DNA of 30,606 nucleotides from Octopus sinensis (Eukaryota), in assembly GCF_006345805.1 (NCBI RefSeq), contig NW_021832696.1, positions 1 through 30,606 of the forward strand. Reading direction: 5' to 3'. Position 1 is the stretch's first letter, and every line of letters starts with the position of its first letter. A program made the position numbers and the translations under genes. Shown here in pieces: positions 20,633 to 30,606 of this stretch. The notes below the pieces were generated by a model. It was not told the DNA's origin. It did no database searches and saw only the letters and a list, made by a program, of their open reading frames with translations.

Positions 20633-20705
20633 TAAATAGATAGATAGAGAGATGGACAGACAAACAGACAGACAGATAGATAGACAGACAGACAGACAAA
20701 CAGAC

Positions 20706-20759
<54 letters not shown>

Positions 20760-20835
20760 ATTGCTTCCTTGCTTGCTTGCTTGCTTGATTGAGTGATTGA
20801 TTAATTGATTGATTGATTGACTGATTGATTGATTT
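20633..20835. repeat. Compound (GATA)/(GACA), (TTGC), (GATT) microsatellite
   Basis: Direct runs. Confidence 0.95.
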
Positions 20836-21257
20836 TGAGTGTTTGCGAGTAACGTCTGCAAAGTTTCAAAAAAAAATCAAAACAGAGAAAATAGGACATT
20901 TGACGAATATGATATCCCTTTTAGCTTAAGAATCTGAAGGGTACTCTCAGGTGTCGGAGAGTAAGTCTTCATTAGAAACAAAAGCAGAAGCATAGGGGGA
21001 GAGAGAGGGGGGTTATTCAGAAACAGAGAGTGCATTGAATAAAAATTGAAAAGCTGAGTGCAAAATAAGGATCTGAAAAAATGAAAAGTATTAAAAATAA
21101 TAAGATTTAAAATCTAGGAAGAGGATGCAAGAGGAAGGTGAAGGTTTAAAACCCTGAAAAGGAAATCCGTTCTATGAGGGAATCAAAAAGAGAGGAGATC
21201 CTTAGTGAGTGATAAAAATCCGCTTGAGTCATAAGCGTATTTATTTTTAATTAATAT

Positions 21258-21450
21258 TTGCTTCGATCATTAAGACGGCGGCCATGATGGGACATCGCCT
21301 TGCAGTCTTTTGGTGAAACGAATTTATCCCTGTACTTAATTGTTTAATTTGGTACTTATTCCATTGGTCTCTTTTGACGAAACAGTAAAGTATGAAACAA
21401 CACCGGTTGTCAAGTAGATGGGAACAGACACAAAGATATACATAAACACA
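21258..21450 (-). mobile_element. Highly degenerate SINE-B-related 3' half
   Basis: GGCGGCCATG, GTACTTATTCCATTGGTCTCTTTTGACGAA and CACCGGTTGTCAAG echo 16575-16720. Confidence 0.6.
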
Positions 21451-21777
21451 TAGATGTGCTTATATATATATAACGGGAAGGTTTACGAAAATGAACAAAA
21501 GACGAAGGCAGGTGGAGTACAAGCAAACAAATGTATTAGCATAGCGCTCAGGAATAGAAACAGAAAAAAGTCTTTTACGTTTCGAGCCTACGCTCTTCGA
21601 CAGAAAAAAACAAGGAGAGAAACAAGGAGAGAAAAAAAGGAGAGAAAAAGGAGAGAAAAAAAAGGAGAGAAAAAAATGCGTGTAGGAGCTAACAATATAT
21701 ATATACATTGTTATCGCCATATTTCCAGTAACGCTGTCGTAATCGCTTTTAGAGAGACTTAGTAATTTTAATATTTC

Positions 21778-21833
<56 letters not shown>

Positions 21834-21859
21834 ATATATATATATATATGCAACGGCGG

Positions 21860-22333
21860 TGCATAGAATGCAAAGATCCTATGTGATTTTGACTCATTGC
21901 GACTATGAGATACAGAATCGGAAGCCAGTCATAGTCTTAATTGAGAAAGAAAACAAACTATGCTGGATCATAGATATAGCATGCCCAGCTGACAACAAGG
22001 TATGCGATAAGGAAGAAAGAAAAGTCGAGAGATATGACAGGTTAGCGTGGGAAGTTCAGCAGTAGTGGTCGATGAAAAAGGTAGCAGTAGTACCAATAAT
22101 TGTCGGAGGCCTGGGAACAGTGAGCAAAACTCTTGAGAAGTATGTGGAACAAGTAGGGGCTGCAATAAGGGTGGGACACTTGCAGAAAACAGCACTGATT
22201 GGAACCGCTCGAATACGCCGGCTGGAGCTCGAAAAATAAGGGGTGTTACTTTAGTTCACTGGTAGTGAACAGCTGACACCATAGTACTTCGCTAGCGAAA
22301 CTGTACGAAGGCAATAATGATAATAATAATAAT
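21860..22333 (+). mobile_element. 5'-truncated R4/Dong-type non-LTR retrotransposon: RLE endonuclease remnant, 3'UTR and (TAA)n tail
   Basis: NAKILCDF/HCDYEIQNRKPVIVLIEKENKLCWIIDIACPADNKVCDKEERKVERYDRLAWEVQQ*WSMKKVAVVPIIVGGLGTVSKTLEKYVEQVGAAIRVGHLQKTALIGTARIRRLELEK* (stop 22237-22239). This matches the RLE pattern ILWDF..RxPD...IIDxAxP..KxxKY..L..E..VVPxxxGxLG..LQK. PD is mutated to PV and there is one in-frame stop. TAA tail at 22313-22333. Confidence 0.88.
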
Positions 22334-22547
22334 ATTTTCTACTCTAGGCACAAGGCCCGAAATTGTAGGGGAGTGGGCCGGTCGATTAGATCGACCCCAG
22401 TACGCAACTGCTACTTAAATTATCGACCCCGAAAGGATGAAAAGCAAAGTCGTCATCGGCGGAATTTGAACTCAGAACATAAACAACAGACGAAAACCGC
22501 TGAGCATTTCGCCCGGCGTGCTAACGTCTCTGCCAGCTCGCCGCCTT
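22334..22547 (-). mobile_element. SINE-A monomer, B-type tail
   Basis: Full head AAGGCGGCGAGCTGGCAGAGACGTTAGC. Tail ...TTTCGGGCCTTGTGCCTAGAGTAGAAAAT. (AAT)n on both sides. Confidence 0.92.
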
Positions 22548-22548
22548 C

Positions 22549-22619
<71 letters not shown>

Positions 22620-22632
22620 GATGATGATGATG

Positions 22633-22846
22633 ATTTCAAATTTTGATTCGAGCTTAGGAATTTTTGTCGGAGTGGGCAAGTCGATTATATCGACCCCCAG
22701 CTCACAAGTGGTATTTATTTTCTCGACTCCATGAGTATGAAAGACAAAGTCGATTTCGGTAGAATTTGAACTCAGAATGTGAAGACGAACAAAATGCCGC
22801 TAAGATGTTTTGTCCGGCGTGCTAACGATTCTTCCAGCTCGCCGCC
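22633..22846 (-). mobile_element. SINE-A monomer (diverged, C-type tail)
   Basis: Head GGCGGCGAGCTGGAAGAATCGTTAGC, B-box-like GAGTTCAAATTC, tail AAAATTTGAAATC. Confidence 0.85.
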
Positions 22847-22848
22847 GT

Positions 22849-22966
22849 CAATAATAACAACATCAAAACATAAAACATAAACAACAACAACAACAATAAG
22901 AACAATAATAATAATAATAATAATTATAACAACAACAATAATAATAACAACAACAACAACAACAAC

Positions 22967-23009
<43 letters not shown>

Positions 23010-23045
23010 TAATAATAATAATAATAATAAATTTAATACCAACAA
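22849..23045. repeat. (TAA)/(CAA)n compound microsatellite
   Basis: Direct runs. Confidence 0.93.
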
Positions 23046-23289
23046 CAAGAAGCAATTCAATGGCAATCTGTTTGATTCCTCTCTTAAATAATTGGATGTA
23101 TTCTTGTCATGAGGACAATGAAGAGTCGAAGATTCTTAATTGACTTTCAGTAACCTCCCTAACCACTAGCCCTCTTCTCCACTCCACCTACCAAACCCAT
23201 TACCATTCTGGTGTCAAGCTCCTACCAAACTCTCCGCCGCCGCCCACCCAACAACCATTCCCAGTCTAACACCTCACCTCAACAATCTT

Positions 23290-24736
23290 TCTCCATCCTT
23301 TCACTGTTGTCTCCCTTTTTAAGTAACTCTTCACTCACCCTTCCTCTCAGTTTGATTCTAGTATCTCATCTGTCTCTCTTTTTTCCCTTTCTCTGTCCCT
23401 CTTTCTCTTCCGGTTTCTGGCTTTCTCTTTTTTCTTTCCGTCTGTTTTTCTCTCTTTTTCTCTCTCCTTATCTCTCATTCTCTCTCTCTTCACACACACG
23501 TTCTTTAGTTCTTGGCTTTTGTCTTTCTTTCCTCTTTTCCTACCCTCTCTCTCTCTCTCTTCTTATTTCTTTCTCTCATATTTCTCCCTCTCACCTTCTT
23601 GCTCATCTTCTTATTCTTTTCTCTCACTTTCGTTTTCTTATTTTTCTCTTTCCCATCTTCACTCTCTCTCTCTCTGTCTCTCACCTCCACTATCTCTATC
23701 TCTCTTGCTACCTCTCTCTATATCCCCTTTTTTCTGTGGTATCTTGTCTCTCTCTCTCACTCTTTCTCTCTATCTCTCTCTATCTCTCTCTCCTTCTCCC
23801 CTACTCTCTTAGTTATACACTATCTATTTATTATACTTCCATCTCTATACATTTCTCTGTTTTCCTTTCTGTCTCTGTCCCACTCTTCCCCCCTCTCTCT
23901 CTCTCTCTCTTCATTTACCTATTTCTTCATCACCTTTCTCTTTCTCTCTCTCTCTCCCACTCCCGCTCTCTTCACTTACCTATTTACACATCTACTTTCC
24001 CCCTCTTCCCCTCTCACATCTACTCATTATCCTCCCTCTCCCTGTCTCTTTCCCCTTCTCTCTTTTCCTCCCTTCTACTCACACCCACACTTCCTAAATA
24101 CGGTCTATTTTTATCTCTAAGCATATTTCCATTTTTCATTCTTTATCTCTTTATCTCCGTCTTTCTGTTTATCTTTCTATTTTTCTGTCTTACGCAATCA
24201 ACACCTTTTACTACCTTTATAACTGTTCTTCTTTCCTTTCGTTCTCTCTTTCTTTCTCCCTCCCTTCTACATACTTCCTGTTCCTTTTCCCCTGACTTTC
24301 CTTCAATTTCTCTATTTGTTTATTCATTCATTCTTTCTTCTCGTTCTCCTTTCAAGTACACTTTTTCGTTCTCTCTTTCTTTCTCCCTCCCTTCTACATA
24401 CTTCCTGTTCCTCTTCCCCTGTCATTCCTTCAATTTCTCTATTTATTCATTTATTCATTCATTCATTCTTCTCGTTCTCCTTTCCTGTACACGTTTTCGT
24501 TCAGTCTTTCTTACACTACTTCCTTCATTAAGACCATTTAACTTCATCCTTCTTTCGTTCATATACATTAACCCTATCAATACACCAGTGCCAACACCAC
24601 CACCAACAACAACAACAACAACCTACACTAACACCACCACCACCGCCGTCACCGCCGCCACCACTACCACAAATTAGAGCTCCTACATATTTCTTCAGCA
24701 TCATTCATTACTCCTTTATTTGTTTCTTCTTCTTTC

Positions 24737-24784
<48 letters not shown>

Positions 24785-24830
24785 GGTTTCTCCTCATCTT
24801 TCATTCCTCTTCAACTTATATACATGTCCT
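23290..24830. repeat. About 1.5-kb polypyrimidine (CT-rich) tract containing a 127-bp tandem duplication
   Basis: Near-absence of G on the plus strand. TTTCGTTCTCTCTTTCTTTCTCCCTCCCTTCTACATACTTCCTGTTCC starts at 24237 and at 24364, with a third start at 24495. Confidence 0.9.
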
Positions 24831-24944
24831 CTATCAAAACACCACCACCAACACCAGTAACAACCCCACCAACAACACTCTTCCACCTCCACCTCCACCT
24901 CTTCCCACATTTCCTACTTCTCTTCTTCTTCCCCTTCACCATCA

Positions 24945-25022
24945 TCAACATCATCACCATCATCTGCATCATCATCGTCGTCATCATCATCATCATCATC
25001 ATCATCCTCATCATCATAATCG

Positions 25023-25058
<36 letters not shown>

Positions 25059-25142
25059 ATCATCATCATCATCATCATCAACATCATCATCATCATCATC
25101 ATCATCATCATAATCATCATCATCATCATCATATCATCATCG

Positions 25143-25173
<31 letters not shown>

Positions 25174-25291
25174 TATCATCATCATCATCGTCATCATCAT
25201 CATCATCATCATCATAATCATCATCATCATCATCATATCATCATCGTCATCATCATCATCATCATCATCATCATTATCATCATCATCATCG

Positions 25292-25335
<44 letters not shown>

Positions 25336-25460
25336 GTCATCATCGTCATCAACAGCATCATCACCATCATCATCAACAACAGCATCATCATCATCATCAT
25401 CAACAACAGCATCATCATCTTCGTCATCATAATGATCAACACCACACCATCACTACCCAC
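24945..25460. repeat. About 500-bp (CAT)n microsatellite
   Basis: Nearly pure CAT with CGT/AAT variants. Confidence 0.97.
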
Positions 25461-25859
25461 CACCACGACCATCGCAAATTAGACCTCTTATATACCCTTC
25501 TTCTCTGACGCTATTTTTCTCTCTCTTTCTCTCTCTCTCTCTATCTCTATCTCTATCTGTCTATCTGTATGTCTGTCTGTCCGTCTGTCCCTCTCTCTCT
25601 CTCCGTCCCTCTCTCTCTTTGTCAACACGTCCTTGGAGTAAAGAAGCGGAGAAGAGAGAAGAGAGAGAAAGGATTTGAGGTGGAATAGGGGTGGAGGAGA
25701 AGAGCAGGGAAGTGCTTTCGAAAGACGCACATTAATGAGCTTGTTCCAAGAGAAAGAAACACTGCGAGCGACGTCGGTGGTGGAATTTAATTCGATTCTT
25801 AATTTCACAGCCGAATCGTCAACATCAACATCAACGCCATAGAAATTAACACTAACATC

Positions 25860-26854
25860 CCCCATCTACCACTACCTCCTCATCATCATCATCAGCATCA
25901 GCATTAGCATTATCGTCGTCGTCGTCGTCATCGTCATCATTATCATCATCTTCATATCATCGTCGTCATCGTCATTGTCATCATCACCATCACCGCCGCC
26001 GCCACTGTCAGCACCACCACCACCACCCACCACCACCAGCCCACACCACCGACACCATTATACATTCATCACCAACACCACCACTGCCACTACTACCAGC
26101 ACAACCACCGGCATCACTACCACCGGCATCACTACCACTACCACCATTACCACCACCAACACCAACACCATCACCACCACCATCATCACCACCACCACCA
26201 TCACCACCACCCCATCACTACCACCACCACCATCACCACCATCACCACCACCACCATCACCAACACCACCACCATCACCACCACCACCACCATCACCACC
26301 ACCACCATTACCACCATCACCACCACCATCACCACCACCACCACCGTCACCACCACCACCTTCACCACCATCACCACCACCATCACCACCATCACCACCA
26401 CTATCACCACCACTACCACCACCTCTGCCGCCACCGCCTCTGCCACCATCACCACCAGCCCCTATCACCACCGACATCATTATATCTTCATTACCACTAC
26501 CATCACCACCACCAACACCCTCGCAGTCACAACCAGCAACCATCTCCATGATCATCACCATCGCCACCATCATCACCACCACCATCACCGCCGCCACCCT
26601 AATCATTATCATCATCATTTTACGATATCGTCATCATCATCATCATCATCATCATATCATCATCATCATCATCACCATCATCATCATCAGCAGCAGCAGT
26701 GACAGCGGCAGCAGCGGCAGCAGCGTCAGCAGCGTCGCCATCGTCAATGTCAAATTTAATCCTCGTCATTATCATCCCAATTATCCGTAATCATCGATGG
26801 CAAAACCCCTCGACGTCACAACCGAGCAACAGCAGCAGCAACAGCAACGTTAGT

Positions 26855-26899
<45 letters not shown>

Positions 26900-26989
26900 C
26901 TGTGGTGGGACATAATTAATCCATCACCGTTAATTATCTGCACATTGAAGAACGACTACCACCACCACAACCACCTCAACCACCACTAC

Positions 26990-27025
<36 letters not shown>

Positions 27026-27044
27026 TATCATAATCCTCATCATT

Positions 27045-27100
<56 letters not shown>

Positions 27101-27600
27101 TACCATCAGAATCACTGTAATGGTCCCTGTCATCACAACGATCAGCATCGCCACCACAATCATCACCATCATCACCATCGTCACCACCCTCATCATCATC
27201 ATTATCACTTTTCTCTTTCTCCTCCTCCTCTCCCTCCTCCCTTTCTCCTCTTCTTCTACCTCCCCTTCTTCCCCTTCTTCCTCCACTTATCCCTCCTTTT
27301 CCATCTCTTACTCCCCTTCTTCCTCTTCCACTTCCTCTTCCTCCTCCTCCTCCTCCTCCACATAATCATCATCCATGTTGTTATCGTCATCATTGTCGTC
27401 GTCATTGTCATCGCTGTAATACCTCGTCGCTTTCACCACCCTCATCCTCTCACTACCTCCGACGCATACAATAACAGCAACAACTCCTCGTCCCACACAA
27501 CCACCCCCTCATCGCCTCCACCGCAAACACCATCATCACCACCACCACTACTGATAGCAACAACAACAACAACAACAACAACGACAATAACGACTCTACC
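25860..27600. repeat. CAT/CAC/CCT triplet blocks with a (TAG)n run at 26853-26899
   Basis: The Pro-, His-, Thr-, Met- and Gly-rich ORFs in all frames are the same repeat read in different phases. Confidence 0.92.
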
Positions 27601-27782
27601 ACAGCCAATTTAAAACGTCTAGAATATTGTTATAGAGACATGGAATTGGTTGGTAACGGAGGGAATTTCTCTCCTCGTAGGTTTGATCAATCAACAACCT
27701 ATCCATGAGGTCCGTCATTATCTGCAGCACTCACCACCACAAGATCAGTCTACCTTCATCGTAATCAACGGCAATATCATTA

Positions 27783-27956
27783 AAGGCGGAATCGTTAGCG
27801 GACAAAACGCCGCTTAGCAATTGCTTAGCGGCCTTTCATCCGTTTTTGAGTGCTGACTTCAAATTCCGCCGAGGTCGACTTTGCCTTACATCTTTTCGGA
27901 GTCGATAAAATAAGTACCAGTTGTGCATTGGGGTTGATGAAACCAACGTACCCCAC
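27783..27956 (+). mobile_element. SINE-A, degenerate
   Basis: AAGGCGGAATCGTTAGC head with a deletion, TTCAAATTCCGCCGAGGTCGACTTTGCC body. Confidence 0.8.
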
Positions 27957-27979
27957 TGTTGTTGCCGTTGTTGTTAGTA

Positions 27980-28213
27980 AGGTGTTGAACTGACAGAATC
28001 GTTATCACACGGGGCAAAATGCTTAGCAGCATTTCGTCAGTCTTTACGTTGTGTATTCAAATTCCGCCGAGGTTCGACTTTGCCTTTCAGCCTTCCGGGG
28101 GTTGATAAAATAAGTACCATTTGAACACCTAAATCCACATCCGATGTTTGGATTAATAAAATGAGTACTCCTCACCCCGAACTTGCTGGCCTTGTGCTAA
28201 AATTTGAAATCAA
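27980..28213 (+). mobile_element. SINE-A, degenerate, C-type tail
   Basis: AAGGTGTTGAACTGACAGAATCGTTATC head. Ends GCTGGCCTTGTGCTAAAATTTGAAATC. Confidence 0.82.
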
Positions 28214-28225
28214 TATCTACTTTTA

Positions 28226-28658
28226 GGCGTAGGAGTTGCTGTATGGTAAGTAGCTTGCTTACGAACTACATGGTTCCGGGTTCAGTCCCACTGTGTGGCA
28301 CCTTGGGCAAGTGTCTTGTACTATAGCCTCGGGCCGACCAAAGCCTTGTGAGTGAATTTGGTAGACGGAAACTGAAAGAAGGCTGTCGTATATATGTATA
28401 TGTGCATATATATATATATATATGTATGTGTGTGTATATGTTTGTGTGTCTGTGTTCGCCCCCCCCCCCAACATCGCTTGACAACCGATGCTGGTGTGTT
28501 TACGTCCCCGTCACTTAGCGGTTCGGCAAAAGACACCGACAGAATAAGTACTAGGCTTACAAAGAATAAGTCCTGTGTTCGATGTGCTCGACTAAAGGTG
28601 GTGCTCCAGCATGGCCACAGTCAAATGACTGAAACAAGTAAAAGAGTAAAAGAGTAAA
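28226..28658 (+). mobile_element. SINE-B, full length with (AGTAAAAG)n tail
   Basis: A-box-like TTGCTGTATGG, B-box-like GGTTCAGTCCC, CORE-like GGCACCTTGGGCAAGT, internal TA/TG run, and the 3' end ATGGCCACAGTCAAATGACTGAAACAAGTAAAAGAGTAAAAGAGTAAA. Confidence 0.92.
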
Positions 28659-28845
28659 GGAGTCGCATTATCAAGAATTCAGTTAAATTTATTTGGCATT
28701 TGTGTTGTTTTTTATGCATTGATTGAATCCCTGTACACTTTCCTGCCAATTTCTTTTCTTTTACTGTTAGCATTCTGAATCAGTCGCCATGTGTTGCTTT
28801 GTTCTTCACGATCATATCTTGAATAGGAAGTGCTTCAATTTTTTA

Positions 28846-29070
28846 CGAAGGGGTGCTGAAAATTCTTGGCTTTGGCTAAAAGAAAATACAGCAGGATAAG
28901 TTAATTGTGATCATTTTGAATATATATCCCTCTCAGATCCACAAAGGTCCTACAGTTATTGCAAAGGTCCTACAGTTTTTCTAATCCCTGAAAAAGAACA
29001 TGTAACGTTGGGTCTCCAGCCAGACCTTTCGTGACAGATTTAAAGCAAGGAACTTTTCAACCACCCCTCG
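28846..29070. mobile_element. Tc1/mariner-type MITE (225 bp) with TA target-site duplication
   Basis: TA at 28844-28845 and 29071-29072. Left TIR CGAAGGGGTGCTGAAAATTCTTGGCTTT; reverse complement of right TIR CGAGGGGTGGTTGAAAAGTTCCTTGCTTT. Confidence 0.88.
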
Positions 29071-29591
29071 TATATCAGTAGCCCCTAGCTAATTTTTTGG
29101 TGCGTGATAGGGTGTTAATTCTGGCATTATATTGCTATATAAGTAGGGATTCCATAACTGATCTTTTATTCTTGTGTGGAATTTTTTGAAGTATGTAAAT
29201 ATTTTCCTCTTCTAATTTCCACTCGGATTTAGCTTTGTGCTGTGTGGTGTAATGCTGTGCAATAGCTCCATGTTACATGTGAATGGTGAGCCTATATGAC
29301 AGTGTTGTACTGGTCCGTCCAATGAAACAGTTACTGTCTTCACGTTTGTAACTTTCAATTTCAAAGCTAAATCTAAAGATTACATTTTCATTTACAGTTC
29401 ATTTATGGATGTCCATGTTTCTAGCATGTTGTTGATAATGAATTGTTTAGCTTTTGGTGATTTTATAGTATATTTTTTTGTTTCAGTTTATGCTTAAGTA
29501 TGATGCATTTTATGCACCAAACGTTTCTGATCATAGATCAATTCAGACATAACTCAGGCTTAAACAACAACAACAGCAATCTGCTTATGAA

Positions 29592-29766
29592 CCTAATTCT
29601 AAGGTCGGCTTCACAGAACACAAATTTGTGATCTGCTCGCTCGACCTAGATAGACTACGTAGGCAGGAACCCGGTTACAGAGACCGGATTAGCAAATTGG
29701 TTAAGCGGGAGTTGACAGGGTCAATCTCTAACAACAAATGGTGGTTTGCTCTGAAAAGGGCAATTA
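29592..29766 (+). pseudogene. Tx1/L1 ORF2 fragment (end of the APE endonuclease domain)
   Basis: PNSKVGFTEHKFVICSLDLDRLRRQEPGY^RDRISKLVKRELTGSISNNKWWFALKRAI. TEH sits where the APE SDH motif is expected, and PGY where the GxGYWKLN motif begins; the WKLN part appears deleted. Confidence 0.65.
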
Positions 29767-29919
29767 GTGTAGATACGTTGCCGCTGTATCTACGACAATG
29801 TTGTGGTTACATAATACTAGTCAAATTTCCTTCTAATTACACCGTCTCTTTTCTATTCTTTTAAGCATTGTATGATAGAAAAACTGAAATCTTACAGCTG
29901 GTGCTAAAATGGTACTTAG

Positions 29920-30310
29920 GATCTTTACCTTTTCACCAACAGATTTAAAAAATAATTTTTTGTAACTAAACACTTTCAAACTTCGGACAATGATAGAATG
30001 CGTCATATAAAGCATCTTTTACTCTTAGCATTTTTGAGAAAAACTTGTATTTACGAAGTTATTTCACGTTAAAGTTTTCGTATTTCGGTGATTTCAACCA
30101 ATCAATGACGTGTATTCAGCTGAATAAAATTACTGCTGTTTGTCAACAAGAACTTCCGGCGGTGTATATTTCGTTTGTCACTGTTATTTATGACAACCCT
30201 AAACCTAACCCTAAAACCTTAACCCTAACTCTCACCCTAAAACCCTAGCCCTAACCCTAAAGCCTTAACCCTAACTCTAAAACCTTATAACCAATACAAA
30301 CGCACCAACG
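29920..30310. mobile_element. Probable non-autonomous interspersed element carrying telomere-like repeats
   Basis: Complex non-coding sequence ending in a CCCTAA-like array. Family identity is from recollection of octopus repeats and the boundaries are approximate. Confidence 0.4.
30195..30286. repeat. Interstitial degenerate telomere-like (CCCTAA)n array
   Basis: CCCTAA, CCTTAA, CTCTAA and CCCTAG hexamers. 30209-30232 and 30255-30278 match at 23 of 24 positions. Confidence 0.85.
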
Positions 30311-30313
30311 ATG

Positions 30314-30606
30314 TCTGCCGCTACGTTCTGAGTTCAAATTCCGCCGAGGTCGACTTTGCCTTTCATCCTTTCGGGGTCGATTAGATAAGTATCAGTTACG
30401 CACTGGGGTCGATGTAATCGACTTAATCCATTTGTCTGTCCTTGTTTGTCCCCTCTGTGAGTAGCCCCTTGTGGGCAGTAAAGAAATAAGAAACGCTGGC
30501 ACGCCAGGCGAAATGCTGAGCAGTATTGCATCTGTCTTTACGTTCCGTGTTCAAGTTCAGTCGAGGTCGATTTTGCCTTTCATCCTTTGGGGTCGATAAA
30601 TGAATA
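30314..30606 (+). mobile_element. SINE-A dimer (first unit headless, second runs off the window)
   Basis: SINE-A body and A-tail, then junction GAAATAAG|AAACGCTGGCACGCC at 30490/1. Confidence 0.9.

Noticed and set aside
23211-24677. 488-aa ORF (and the overlapping 202-aa ORF)
   Set aside because: It lies in a polypyrimidine tract where stop codons are compositionally rare. The S/L/F-only product has no domain and several frames are open.
25975-27613. Pro-rich and His-rich ORFs suggesting extensin-like or cephalopod His-rich structural proteins
   Set aside because: The same CAC/CAT repeat is open in several frames and on both strands. There is no signal peptide, no ordered peptide module and no splice context.
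27735-27780. Minus-strand peptide DIAVDYDEGRLILW resembling a YWTD/NHL repeat
   Set aside because: Its upstream sequence is a SINE-A head with no splice acceptor, and the YWTD motif is absent.
29769-29793. 8-bp-stem hairpin GTAGATAC-N9-GTATCTAC
   Set aside because: Short enough to arise by chance in 30 kb, with no supporting context.

Overview
Eukaryotic, AT-rich, essentially non-coding DNA (a large intron or intergenic region). The microsatellite load and the tRNA-derived SINE families point to an octopod cephalopod; this is recognition from memory, not a database result. I cannot support any intact host gene: the long ORFs in the track are frame-agnostic read-throughs of microsatellites. 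The window is a mosaic of: (i) at least four tRNA-headed SINE families, one of which (SINE-A, about 18 units at 11 loci) forms head-to-tail multimers; (ii) decayed retroelement remnants: Tx1/L1-type (ORF1, APE end, two 3' ends in (GATA)n), a Neptune-type Penelope-like element (RT thumb, Cys linker, GIY-YIG) with a possible decayed hammerhead, and a 5'-truncated R4/Dong-type RLE LINE with a (TAA)n tail; (iii) non-autonomous DNA elements: a complete Helitron, a HINE-like element, a mariner-type MITE and two hairpin MITEs; (iv) several kb of simple and cryptically simple repeats. The most interesting signal is the SINE-A multimers. All seven internal junctions re-enter the element at one of two fixed points, both in predicted loops of its tRNA-like head.
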